Source: Phaeosaccion multiseriatum
Lineage: Eukaryota; Protista; Ochrophyta, other classes
Length of the DNA: 64,000 bases
Assembly: GCA_965112735.1 (NCBI GenBank)
Contig: OZ218951.1
Location: forward strand, 4,712,001 to 4,776,000
Direction: 5' to 3'
Part shown: in pieces, positions 36,017-59,943 of the stretch
Layout: each line of letters starts with the position of its first letter
Position numbering within the stretch: position 1 is the first letter of the stretch
Notes under the pieces: model-generated
What the model was told of the DNA's origin: nothing
Databases searched by the model: none
Seen by the model: the letters and a program-made list of their open reading frames with translations, nothing else
Position numbers and translations under genes: made by a program

Positions 36017-38314
36017 ATGAAGATCTTCGCTGCGGCCATTCTCGTGGGATTGCCACTTCTCGCCCAGGCCACCTTCCTGGATGACGGAGGAGATGATGGC
36101 CTCCCTCCTAAGGTTGAGGGCGATGATCGACGCGCTCGCTCTCTACAAGCCTCGGAAGGCCCTTACTGCTCAAGCAAGTGCTCCTCTTCCAAGCCGTGCT
36201 ATACGGATCCCGCTTGCTTGACCGGCAAAGCGTCTCTCGGCTGCAATGCTACCGGAGCTGGCCAGGACTGCAGATGTAAGTTTGGCTGTGGGGTTGTTTC
36301 CCCGGGCCGAGCGACCGCCCTCGCTCGCTCCGCCCGCCCTGCCCCCTCTGCCTCCGCCCTGGCTGCCTGCTCGCTCTATCAAAGCAAGCTGCTGGCGGAC
36401 TACTAGTGTGTATTGTGTGTGTGTGCTAACTGACTGCTGCTGCTGTTGTTGTCTCCGCCGTCCCTTCTCCCCCTGCCTCCCGCCCCCACCAACAAACACA
36501 GTCTGCGAGTTTGGCGAGTTCGCCGACATCGTCTGCGAAACCGGCAGTGCCACAGCCGCTCCTACCACTGCGGGCACCACTGAGGAGGACACCGCCACTG
36601 TCGGCCCTACCGCTGCCCCCACCACCGCAGCCCCCACCCCACAGCATGCGTGGAGCTCCTACTATGGATACTGCGATCCTTCCTGCACTCTTGACAACCC
36701 GTGCTTCGACGACACGGCCTGTGCCAGGGTGGATCTCGGCTGGGGGCGGGAAGGTTTTGTTCCGAACGCGAATGTCGCTGGGGGCGACGTCGCTGGCTGT
36801 GGAGAGTTCGCCGACTACTCGTGCAGATGTGAGTGACGACCACACACATTCACGTAGCTACACACATAGCTATACACAAACACACACACACACACACACG
36901 CTCCCACACCCCTCTATACATTGACGATTGGTACATCGCATACCCCTCCCTTCCACCCCGACCCCCGCCATCCTGCCTGCTTACACCCTTTCACTATGGT
37001 TGCTGCTGTGTGCTTTGGCTGCTCCTTTGCCTGTTGCGCCCTCCCCTCCCTACGACCACACAACACTAACATGAAACAAACAGCCTGCGCCGCGGGGTCC
37101 GACATTGAATGCGGATGCAACGGGGCGGTGAAGGACAAGGTTGCCGAGATCAACGCCGGCGGGCCCGACGGGTACAGGGCCGCCAAAGCGGAGATGCATG
37201 AGTATGTTGACTTTGCCGGGGGTCGAAACATCAGGTTCTCAACTCCTGAGGTGAGCGAGGCAGCGAGCGAGCGAGGCCGAGGGAGGGAGGACAAGTGAAC
37301 GGGCCATCGTAATCCACAGCCACGGCCGTCCTGAAGCAAGACCAGCAGTCAAGGAGTGATTGATTTGATTGACTGCTAAGCCAAGGCGATGCACGCCCAT
37401 GACCCCTCTCCCCTCCCTCTTACTTGATTCGTTCCCCTCCTCCCAACAAACAACCCACCACCACACACAGGACACGGGGACAAGGACAAACCTCGAGGAG
37501 CTCGAGGAGAGATGCAAGACGGACCCCAACGCTGTCGTCAACGTCTTTGCGTGGGCCTCGACACCCTCGTGGTCTCCCCTTTACGAACCCAACGCAGCCA
37601 CCGGCAGCGCGGAGGCCTTGTGCATGAAGGGAGTGAACGCGAAAGCGAACAACGAAACCTGGCCTGGGGTGGGAATGATGGAAACTTGGTATGAAGACCC
37701 TGCCGGTGTCGATGTGAACAGCCAGGTAGGTTTGTGGTACAGCCAGAAGCAGAGCTGCTAGTCGATGCTAGCGTACTGGCTGTGCACGCGGCGAAGTCTA
37801 TCGCATTAAGCAAAGAGTTAGAACCGTGCCTCCTCATCTCCACCTCCGTCTCTCACCCCGACCCCGCCCCTCCCCTGCCTTTTCTCCTTTCCATGACGTA
37901 ATCTACTCGCTCGGGCGGTAGTGCAACGTTGTGACTGTAACTTGTGACGACGTGCGTTGGCCCAGTTTCATCGACTTTGACTGGGCCTTGGAGGTCGGTG
38001 ACACCGTCCCCGGACGCATCACACAGGAGTACTCGACCGGCATTTTCTTGAGTTATCCCAACAACTGGTTCTATGAGTTTGGTTGGGCCAACCTCATGAG
38101 CTCCGGCTTGGAAAACCTTTTCCACTCAATCATCAAGAAGGGGACGTGTTTCTTGGCCGATGGGAGGAAGGTGGCCTTCGATTTGAAGCTGGACGGCTGT
38201 GACGTTGAGTATCAGTATAGGTATGAGGGCAGGGGCTCCCGAAACGATCCCGAGAACCCCCTGTGCATTCCGGGCTCCGATGAGGTACCCCCCTACAGCG
38301 TCAAATTTGTCTGA
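36017..38314 (+). CDS. Secreted protein with Cys-rich modules, Thr/Ala/Pro linker and uncharacterised C-terminal domain
   Basis: Signal peptide MKIFAAAILVGLPLLAQA. Exons 36017-36275, 36502-36828, 37084-37250, 37471-37725, 37922-38314 join in frame. Module PCYTDPAC...LGCNA...CR|FCEFGEFADIVC. Confidence 0.8.
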
Positions 38315-38484
38315 GCACGCCCCCACAGGCAGGCAGCCAGGCATACGGGCGGGCAGGCATATGGGCAGGCAAGCAGGCAAGCAGGCAGGCAGAGTTGGGA
38401 ATGCAGTTGGTGAAGCTGAGCAGGAGACGCGATTCAGGATAGGATAGAAGATAAAAGAATAGAAAAATAGCAATAGTTATTAAA

Positions 38485-38726
38485 CACTCGATTTGGGGAA
38501 GAAGCGCCCACAAATCGCCCCCAATAAATTTTTTGCACGAACTCCGCAAAATGACGTAGGGAGAAGCGCCACAGCTCTTCGTGTAGTTCTTGAGATGCCT
38601 ACCGACACATAGTCTCTCGGCTTTCATCGCTTTTTCTCTTCCCTCCTTTCTCTCCCCCCTTTTGCGGCCCGACCCCCAGCCAGCCAAAAAACGGGCGATT
38701 TGGGCGATTCTTACGCAAATCGAGTG
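38485..38726. mobile_element. Short non-autonomous element with ~35-bp imperfect TIRs, TTAA-associated (piggyBac-like)
   Basis: TTAA-A-CACTCGATTTGGGGAAGAAGCGCCCACAAATCGCCC ... GGGCGATTTGGGCGATTCTTACGCAAATCGAGTG-TTAA. Confidence 0.6.
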
Positions 38727-38873
38727 TTAAAACATAAGAAACTACGCACTCACTCTCGGCCTTGTGGACTCTTTGAAGGTGGCCTGATAATTAAACTATG
38801 TGGAGGGCGGGCGGTGCGGGGAGTGGGGCGGATATGAGAGGGTTAGGGAAGAGGGAGTAAGAGCACTCTTCCG

Positions 38874-39206
38874 AACACTGGCGAATCCTTCATGCTCGAC
38901 TCGCCTGGGGGCACCGGGAAGACCTTCACCATCGTTGTCGTTTGTACACGGCCTCCTCCTCCGGCACTGCTGGCCTCGGCCAATCTCCCTGGTGGCTCAC
39001 ACACACACACACGCACACACACACATTCACACTTTCAGTTTCTTAGGTGATTCCTATTAAGTCAATAAAGTTCTCATCTCCCTCTGGTGGCTGCGCCCCT
39101 TTGCAGTATGCTTAAATTGCCGATGGCTGGACGACCAACTCCTGCCAGGCGCCAGATTTTATTAAAGCCGCCGACCTCCTCGTCTGGGACGAGCTCCCCC
39201 TCTCTT
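38874..39206 (+). mobile_element. Degenerate Helitron Pif1 helicase N-terminal remnant (not in ORF track)
   Basis: Manual translation gives GESFMLDSPGGTGKTFTI (Walker A), a frameshifted ..ASS.G...NLPGG (motif Ia region), and DFIKAADLLVWDELPLS (Walker B). Confidence 0.75.
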
Positions 39207-39316
39207 AAGGGGGCGGCCGCACTGGCGTCCATTGACTTATGCTTCGTTGTACCACCACCTGTTGCACCTGTTGGATTCTCAACTGATTTGAGGAGGTAGG
39301 AGGTTGCTACATCATC

Positions 39317-51075
<11,759 letters not shown>

Positions 51076-51672
51076 CGGACAACAGCCAGTGTCAGTTTCG
51101 GTTTCAGAAAAAATAACAAGACGCCAACGAGTGAGGCGAGCGAAGGGAAGGTCTGTAAGGTCTGAGGGAGCGGAGAGGTTGAGGTCAAGAGCCGCCCTGG
51201 CTGTACAGCAATCGGAGGAACACACTGGGTGGGCTTGCTTCTTGGCTATACCGGCGTCGTGTCGGACTAGTCGACGAAGGTCAAACAGTGTCTTACATGC
51301 ACCGTCCACTGCATCTGTGGCTATCTCTAAGGGACGAAGTTGGGGTTATCGCAGTAGACAGGGGAGAAGAGGAGGAAGACTTCCTCGGAGCGTTCAAGGT
51401 AGAGGCTCGCTGAAAGTGGTGGAGTAAAAGTATAAGCAAAAGGAAAAGGCGCCCAGAAATGGTCGCAGGGCTGTTACAGGTTCCCGTTTTCCTTCTCCTC
51501 CACTTTTCCGTTTTCAGCGTTCTCCTCGCCGCGTAGCTATAATAATAACGTCAACCATCACACACCTCCCAAGGCCACCCGCCCCTCCACTGCACTGCCC
51601 CAGTCAGACAGCTCTCTGTGCCGCTGCTGCTCTTACCGCGCCTCTATCTTTCTGCATCGTTCAACCGGTACC

Positions 51673-53526
51673 ATGCAAAGGACCTTCAGCGCTGAGGTAT
51701 AGCCCCCCCCCCCCCCTTGTTCCCCCACTCGAACGACGCACTCACTCGCTCTGTCCATTCATGTCCCCCCTCCAACTCTCACGCTGCTGCTTTGCTCCTT
51801 GTGGCAGGCCACCCTTCTGCGGGAAGCCATCATAAGCGGTCAGAGCGTCAAAAAGGTGGAAGCGGCGGTGAGAGCCCTCGTCACTAAAAACGGAGGGAGG
51901 AAGGCATGCTTGGACGAGCCCTTCGATGAGAGCGGGTGGTTTGCCCTGACCGGAGCTATACATGAAGGGAGGGTGGACATCATAGCTCTTCTGCTGCAAG
52001 AGGGGGCGTCGCCGAATGCTGCAAATCGTGTGTTCGGGTTGACTGCGTTGATGTTGGCATGTGAGGTGAAGGATGCTGCTGTTGTACCACCACTTCTCTC
52101 TGCTGGTGCGGACGTCAATGCAGTAGGGACAGACGGAACTACGGCTCTCATGGTGGCCTCCCGGGAAGGACATCATGCGGTGGTGCAGCAGCTGCTGTCG
52201 GCGGGTGCAGAGGTGGACTGGGCAAGTATGAATGGGTGTACAGCCCTCCTTGGAGCCTCACTTGGAGGACATGGAAGAGTGGTCCGGAAGCTGCTGTCAG
52301 CCGGCGCGGAGGTCGACAAGACAGAGTCCGGAGGCTTTACGGCCTTGATCGCGGCGTCCGAGGCAGGGCATTATGCAGTGGTGCAGCAGCTGCTAGCGGC
52401 GGGTGCAGAGGTGGACTGGGTAAATATGGAGGGGGGCACAGCCCTCCATATAGCATCACAGGGAGGACATGAAAGAGTGGTCCGGCAGCTGCTCTCAGCC
52501 GGCGCGGAGGTCGACAAGACAGCATCCGGAGGCTTTACGGCCTTGATATACGCCTCCCAGGAAGGGCATCATGCATTGGTGCAGCAGCTGCTCTCCGCCG
52601 GCGCAGAGGTCGATAAGACAGAGTACAGAGGCGCTACGGCCTTGCTACTGGCCTCCCAGAACGGACATCTTGCGACGGTGCAGCAGCTGCTGTCGGCCGG
52701 CGCTGATCCCAACCACTTGGATCTTGATGGCCGCACCCCCTTGTGCATTGCCGCAAAAATGGGACACCACAGGGTCACACAGCTACTGCTCACCTCCGGG
52801 GCAGATATGAATTTGGGAGGCCACAGCGGATGGTTTCCGCTCAATGTGGCAAGCGAAAGTAGACATGGCCTTGTGGTAGATCAGCTCATCGCAGCCGGCG
52901 CGGAACTCGAAAGCCGTAGTGGTGAGGGGGGGAGAAGTGCGTTGATGGGAGCGTCTATGGAAGGGCACAGAAGCATTGTGCGGAAGCTGCTCAGGGCTGG
53001 GGCAGAGGTGAATGCGATTGGTGGCGACGGGTATGGAGCGATACACATGGCGTCTTCAAAAGGCCATGTCCGCGTCGTGGAGGAGCTCATCTCAGGAGGG
53101 GGCGACGTGGAGATGCAGGCTACTGCTATTTACGATTTAACAGCTTTGTTCCTAGCTGCTGCGGAGGGCCATGAGGCAGTGGTCCGTGTGCTGCTGTCTG
53201 CGTGGGCTGATCCTGACAATGGGGGCAAACACGCTGTTGCAACGCCCTTGTTTTGTGCGGCAAAAAACGGCCACAGCGGGGCGGCGCTGGAGCTGCTCTC
53301 GGGAGGGGCCTCACTCTCAAAGGCTCTGACTCAGGCACGAAGGGATTGCGATGAAGCATCTGTTGAATTCCTTTTGGCCGTGGACAGGCAGCACTTTTCG
53401 TCACAAAGCCCGTTGGACCTGATGCGGGGCACTGACCTTCTCTTTGGCAAGGAAGGGAGGCTGAAGGTGTCGCAGAGAGAGGTCAGCCCTGAGGTGCTGC
53501 AGGAGGTGGCGGAGGAGATGGCATGA
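51673..53526 (+). CDS. Ankyrin-repeat protein, array unit 1
   Basis: Exon 1 51673-51696 (MQRTFSAE) GT..AG exon 2 51808-53526. Tandem 33-aa GxTAL..A...GH..VV..LL.AGA.VD repeats and conserved C-terminal tail. Confidence 0.92.
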
Positions 53527-54445
53527 TGAAAGGGGCACCTCTCGCCTGCGGTGGGAAGGACGACGGGTGTTGCCCTGAGGGTGAGGACGAAAAGGAAAGG
53601 AGCTCTTGTTATGAGAATTGTGTGAGTTTCAGTGAGAGGGCGTTGAGGGAGAGGGCATGCCCATGCGTATTGGTGCGTCAGCGTGAGGGGGGAGTGGGGT
53701 AGGCAGGAGGATCAAGGGGAGAGCAACTCCCCCCTCCCCCCCAGGGTGTCCATGAAAAGGAGGTTTCGTGGTGGAAGTGGCGGCGTGACCTTACTTTTCC
53801 ATGAGCACCAATGAAAGAGTTACACACGTGGAGGCGAAGAAGAGACCCTTCCCCCCTTTGTTCTGTGGTTCCGTTGCTTGTGACCCCCCTCCAAGGCATG
53901 CCATGCTGCCCCCCTGGGTGCTGCCCCCAACGCCCCGCATGAACAAAGTTGGGGCTACCGTAGGCAGGGGAGAAGAGGAGGAGGAAGATTTCCTCGGAGC
54001 GCCCAAGGTAGAGGCTCGCTGAAAGTGGTGGAGTATAAGCATAAAAATATGTACATAATATACAGGATGTAAGTGTCCACAATGAGGAAGTGAAGGCAGC
54101 AGATGCCCCTTTCCTCTGTTTCCCCGCGTCGCGACTAAAGTGAATCAGACCTCGGTGGTCCAGGACCCACTCCACGCCCCTCCCTCCAGTGGAAGGGGCA
54201 CAGGGCGAGGACTTCACGCACAGGGATTATGCACAGGCGAGGGCGTCCAGAAAATGGTGTAAGGGCTGTTACAGGTTCCCATTGACATAACTCCTCCTTT
54301 TCTCCAGTTTCTCCCTCCTGTCGTCACTCATCACACATCTCCCAAGGCCACCCCCCCCTCCACTGCACTGCCCCAGTCAGACAGCTCTCTGTGCCGCTGC
54401 TGCTCTTACCGCGCCTCTCTCGTTCTGCATCGTTCAACCGGTACC

Positions 54446-56403
54446 ATGCAAAGGACCTTCAGCACTGAGGTAACCCCCCCCCCCCCCCCTTGTCCCCCAC
54501 TCGAACGACGCACTCACTCGCTCTGTCCATTCATGTTCCCCCTCCTACTCTCGCGCTGCTGCTTTATTCCTTGTGGCAGGCCACCCTTCTGCGGGAAGCC
54601 ATCATAAGCGGCCAGAGCGTCAAAAACGTGGAAGCGGCGGTGAGAGCCCTTGTTGCTAAAAACGGAGGGAGGAAGGCATGCTTGGACGAACCCTTCGATG
54701 AGAGCGGATGGTTTGCCCTGACCGGAGCTCTACATGAAGGGAGGGTGGACATCATAGCTCTTCTGCTGCAAGAGGGGGCGTCGCCGAATGCTGCAAATCG
54801 TGTGGACGGGTTGACTGCGCTAATGTTGGCATGTAAGGTGAAGGATGCTGCTGCTGTTGTACCACCGCTTCTGTCTGCTGGTGCGGATATCAATGCAGTA
54901 ACGACAGACGGAACTACGGCTCTCATGGTGGCCTCCCAGCGAGGGACCGTGGTGGTGGTTCACAAGCTGCTCTCCGCCGGTGCAAGCGTGGACTTGGTTG
55001 ACCGTGATGGTTCTACGGCGTTGAGCCTTTCGGCACGGGAGGGCCATCATGCAGTGGTGAAGCAGCTGCTGTCGGCGGGTGCAGAGGTCGACACGGCAAA
55101 TTCGAGAGGCAGTACAGCCCTCCTTGGAGCCTCACATAAAGGACATGAAAGAGTGGTCCGGCAGCTGCTGTCAGCCGGGGCGGAGGTCGACAAGACAGAG
55201 TCGGAAGGCTTTAGGGCCTTGATGGCGGCGTCCCAGGAAGGGCATCATGCAGTGGTGCAGCAGCTACTATCGGCGGGTGCAGAGGTGGACTGGGCAAATA
55301 TGGAGGGGCGTACAGCCCTCCATATAGCCTCACATGCAGGACGGGAAAGAGTGGTGCAGCAGCTGCTGTCCGCCGGCGCGGAGGTCGACAAGACAGCATC
55401 TAGAGGCTTTACGGCCTTGATATATGCCTCCCAGGAATGGCATCGTGCGGTGGTGCAGCAGCTGCTCTCAGCCGGCGCGGAGGTCGACAAGACAGGGTCC
55501 GAAGGCTTTACGGCCTTGCTTATGGCCTCCCAGCAAGGACATCATGCGGTGGTGCAGGAGCTGCTCTCGGCCGGCGCTCATCCCAACCACTTGGATGACA
55601 GAAATGTTTATGGCCGCACCCCCTTGTGCGTCGCCGCAAGCTGGGGACACCACAGGGTCACACAGCAGCTGCTTACCTCCGGGGCAGATGTGAATTTGGG
55701 AGGCCACAGCGGATGGTTTCCGCTCTATGCTGCAAGCGAAACTGGACATGGCTTTGTGGTGGATCAGCTCATCGCAGCCGGCGCGGAACTCGAAAGCCGT
55801 AGTGGTGAGGAGGGGAGAAGTGCGTTGATGGGAGCGTCTGTGGGAGGGCACAGAAGCATTGTGCGGAAGCTGCTCAGGGCTGGGGCAGAGTTGAATGCGA
55901 TCAGTGGCCACGGGTATGGAGCGATACATTTTGCATGTACCAAGGGCCATGCTCGTGTCGTGGAGGAACTCGTCTCAGGAGGGGCCGATGTGGAGATGCT
56001 CAATGTTGATGGGAACACACCTTTGTTGCTGGCTGCTGCGGAGGGCCATGTACCAGTGATCCGTGTGCTCCTGTCTGCGAGGGCTGATCCTGACAATGGG
56101 GGCAAACACACTGTTGCAACGCCCTTGTTTCTTGTGGCACTACAAGGCCACAGCGGGGCGGCGCTGGAGCTGCTCTCGGAAGGGGCCTCTCTGGCAAAGG
56201 CTCTGACTCAGGCACGAAGGGATTGCGAAGAAGCATCTGTTGAATTCCTTCTGGCCGTGGACAGACAGCACTTTTCGTCACAAAGCCCGTTGGATCTGAT
56301 GCGGGGCACTGACCTTCTCTTTGGCAAGGAAGGGAGGCTGAAGGTGTCGCAGAGAGAGATTAGCCCTGAGGTGCTGCAGGACGTGGCGGAGGAGATGGCA
56401 TGA
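54446..56403 (+). CDS. Ankyrin-repeat protein, array unit 2
   Basis: Exon 1 54446-54469, exon 2 54580-56403. One more repeat than unit 1. Confidence 0.92.
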
Positions 56404-57199
56404 TGAAAGGGGCACATCTCGCCTGCGGTGGGAAGGACGACGGGTGTTGCCCTAGCTAAGGGCGAGGACGAAAAGGAAGGGGCTCTCGTCATGGGAATTG
56501 TGTGAGTTTCAGTGAGAGGGTGTTGAGGGAGAGGGTATGCCCTTGCGGAATGGTGCGTCAGCATGAAGGGGCAGTGGGGTAGGCAGGAGGATCAAGGGGA
56601 GAGCAACTCCCCCCTCCCCTCAGGGTGTCCAAAAAGGAGGTTTTGTGGTGGAAGTGGCGGCGTGACCTTGCTTTTCCATGAACACCAATACAATAATTAC
56701 ACACTGGAAAGGCGAAGGAGATACCCCTCCCCCCTTTGTTCTGTGGTTCCGTTGCTTGTGATCCCCCTCCAAGGCATGCCATGCTGCCCCCCTGGGTGCT
56801 GCCCCCAACGCCCCGCATGAACAAAGTTGAGGCTACCGTAGGCAGGGGAGAAGAGGAGGGTTGGGGCTACCGTAGGCAGGGGAGAAGAGGAGAAAGATTT
56901 CCTTGGAGCGTCCGAGGCAGGGGCTCGCTGGAAGTGGCGGAGTGATTGATTTGAGGGTGGGTTAAGGGGCACAGGGCGAGGACTTGATGCAAGGTGAGAG
57001 GTGAGAGGTGAGAGGGCGTGAAATGGTCGCAGAGCTGTTACAGGTTCCCATTGACATACTTCTCCCTCCCATCGTCACTCATCACACATCCCCCAAGGCC
57101 ACCCCCCCCTCCACTACAGCACTGCCCCAGTCAGACAGCTCTCTGTGCCGCTGCTGCTCTTTCCGCGCCTCTGTCTTTCTGCATCGTTCAACCGGTACC

Positions 57200-59161
57200 A
57201 TGCAAAGGACCTTCAGCACTGAGGTAAAGCCCCCCCCCCCCCCCCCCTTGTCCCGCACTCGGAACGACGCACTCACTCGCTCTGCCCATGCATCCCCCCC
57301 TCTTACTCTGGTGCTGCTGCTTTGCTCCTTGTGGCAGGCCACCCTTCTGCGGGAGGCCATCATAAGTGGCCAGAGGGTCAAAAAGGTGGAAGCGGCGGTG
57401 AGAGCCCTCGTCGCTAAAAACGGAGGGAGGAAGGCATGCTTGGACGAGCCCTTCGATGAGAGAGGGTGGTGTCCCCTGACCGGAGCTATACATAATGGGA
57501 GGGTGGACATCATAGCTCTTCTGCTGCAAGAGGCGGCGTCGCCGAATTCTGCAAATCGTGTGAACGGGGGGACTGCGCTAATGTTGGCATGTAAGGTGAA
57601 GGATGCTGCTGCTGTTGTACCACCGCTTCTGTCTGCTGGTGCGGACGTCAATGCAGTAGGGACAGAGGGAACTACGGCTCTCATGGTGGCCTCCCGGCGA
57701 GGGTCCGTGGTGGTGGTGCACAAGCTGCTCTCCGTCGGTGCAAGGGTGGACTTGGTTGAGAGTGATGGCTTCACGGCGTTGATGGCGGCGTCCCAGGAAG
57801 GGCATCATGCGGTGGTGCAACAGCTGCTGTCGGCGGGTGCAGAGGTCGACAAGGCAAATTCGAGAGGCAGTACAGCCCTCATTGGAGCCTCACTTGGAGG
57901 ACATGAAAGAGTGGTCCGGCAGCTGCTGTCAGCCGGGGCGGAGGTCGACAAGACAGAGTCGGAAGGCTTTAGGGCCTTGATGGTGGCGTCCCAGGAAGGG
58001 CACCATGCAGTGGTGCAGCAGCTGCTAGCGGCGGGTGCAGAGGTGGACTGGGCAAATATGAAGGGGCGTACAGCCCTCATTGGAGCCTCACATAGAGGAC
58101 GGGGAAGAGTGGTGCAGCAGCTTCTGTCAGCCGGCGCGGAGGTCGACAAGACAGATTCGGAAGGCTTTACGCCCTTGATCGCAGTCTCCCAGGAAGGGCA
58201 TCGTGCGGTGGTGCAGCAGCTGCTGTCAGCCGGCGCGGAGGTCGATAAGACAGATTCCGGAGGCTATACGGCCTTGCTAATGGCCTCCCAGAAAGGACAT
58301 CTTGCGACGGTGCAGCAGCTGCTGTCGGTCGGCGCTGATCCCAACTTCTTTGATGACAGACATGTTGATGGCCGCACCCCCTTGTACATTGCCGCAAGAA
58401 ATGGACACCACAGGGTCACACAGCTGCTGCTTACCTCCGGGGCAGATGTGAATTTGGGAGGCCACATGGGATTTTTTCCGCTCTATGCTGCAAGCGAAAA
58501 TGGACACGGCATTGTGGTGGATCAGCTCATCGCTGCCGGCGCGGAACTCGACAGCCTTAACGGCGAGGGGGGGAGAAGTGCGTTGATGGGAGCGTCTATG
58601 GAAGGGTACAGAAGCGTTGTGCGGAAGCTGCTCAGGGCTGGGGCAGAGGTGAATGTATTGAGTGGCGACGGGGGGGGGGCGATACACCTGGCGTCTTTAA
58701 ATGACCATGCTCGCGTCGTGGAGGAGCTCATCTCAGGAGATGCTGACGTGGAGATGCTCGATAGTCAGGGGGTGACAGCTTTGCTCATGGCTGCTGGGGA
58801 GGGCTATGAGGGAGTGGTCCGTGTGCTGCTGTCTGCGTGGGCTGATCCTGACAATGGGGGCAAACACGCTGTTGCAACGCCCTTGTTTTGTGCGGCACTA
58901 CAAGGCCACAGCGGGGCGGCGCTGGAGCTGCTCTCGGGAGGGGCCTCACTGTCAAAGGCTCTGACTCAGGCACGAAGGGACTGCGATGAAGCATCTGTTG
59001 AGTTCCTTCTGGCTGCGGACAGACATCACTTTGCGTCACAGAGCGCGCTGGACCTGATGCGGGGCACTGACCTTCTCTTTGGCAAGGAAGGGAGGCTGAA
59101 GGTGTCGCAGAGAGAGGTCAGCCCTGAGGTGCTGCAGGAGGTGGCGGAGGAGATGGCATGA
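57200..59161 (+). CDS. Ankyrin-repeat protein, array unit 3
   Basis: Exon 1 57200-57223, exon 2 57338-59161. Confidence 0.92.
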   Translation: MQRTFSTEVKPPPPPPLSRTRNDALTRSAHASPPLTLVLLLCSLWQATLLREAIISGQRVKKVEAAVRALVAKNGGRKACLDEPFDERGWCPLTGAIHNGRVDIIALLLQEAASPNSANRVNGGTALMLACKVKDAAAVVPPLLSAGADVNAVGTEGTTALMVASRRGSVVVVHKLLSVGARVDLVESDGFTALMAASQEGHHAVVQQLLSAGAEVDKANSRGSTALIGASLGGHERVVRQLLSAGAEVDKTESEGFRALMVASQEGHHAVVQQLLAAGAEVDWANMKGRTALIGASHRGRGRVVQQLLSAGAEVDKTDSEGFTPLIAVSQEGHRAVVQQLLSAGAEVDKTDSGGYTALLMASQKGHLATVQQLLSVGADPNFFDDRHVDGRTPLYIAARNGHHRVTQLLLTSGADVNLGGHMGFFPLYAASENGHGIVVDQLIAAGAELDSLNGEGGRSALMGASMEGYRSVVRKLLRAGAEVNVLSGDGGGAIHLASLNDHARVVEELISGDADVEMLDSQGVTALLMAAGEGYEGVVRVLLSAWADPDNGGKHAVATPLFCAALQGHSGAALELLSGGASLSKALTQARRDCDEASVEFLLAADRHHFASQSALDLMRGTDLLFGKEGRLKVSQREVSPEVLQEVAEEMA

Positions 59162-59943
59162 TGAAAGGGGCACCTCTCGCCTGCGGTGGGAAGGACGACG
59201 GGTGTTGCCCTGAGGGTGAGGACGAAAAGGAAAGGAGCTCTTGTCATGGGAATTGTGTGAGTTTCAGTGAGAGGGTGTTGAGGGAGAGGGCATGCCCATG
59301 CGGAATGGTGCGTCAGCATGAAGGGGCAGTGGGGTAGGCAGGAGGATCAAGGGGAGAGCAACTCCCCTCTCCCGCCCAGGGTGTCCTTGGAAGTGGCGGG
59401 GTGACCTTACTTTTCCATGAACGCCAATGAAAGAGTTACACACGTGGAGGCGAAGGAGGGACCACCCCCCCTTTGCTTGTGACCCGCCTCCAAGGCATGC
59501 CATGCTGCCCCCCTGGGTGCTGCCCCCAACGCCCCGCATGACGAGGGCAGGGGAGAGGAGGAGGAAGGTTTCCTCGGAGCGTCCAAGGCAGAGGCTCGCT
59601 GAAAGTGGGGATATATACTATATACAGTATAGAAGGCTAGAGAAATTGAACGAAGTCGATTAAAGTGAATCAGACCTCGGTCCAGGACCCACTCCACGCC
59701 CCTCCCTCCAGTGAAGCTGATATATGTCAAGGGCACAGGGCGAGGACTTAACGCCACAGCCAGGCGAGGGGGGCGCCCAGAAAATGAACGCAGGGCTGCT
59801 ACAGGTTCCCATTGACATACTTTTCCCTCGCAGCGTCCCTCATCAAAATGAAGGCCACCCCCCCCTCCACTGCCCCGTCAGACAGCTCTCTGTGCCGCTG
59901 CTGTTACCGCACCTCTATCTTTCTGCATCGTTCAACCGGTACC

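Noticed and set aside
54490-57337. Long N-terminal extensions of ankyrin ORFs in the track (starts 54490, 57008)
   Set aside because: Read-through of intron/upstream sequence. The conserved ATG-MQRTFS(T/A)E micro-exon with GT donor in all five full-length copies is the better start.
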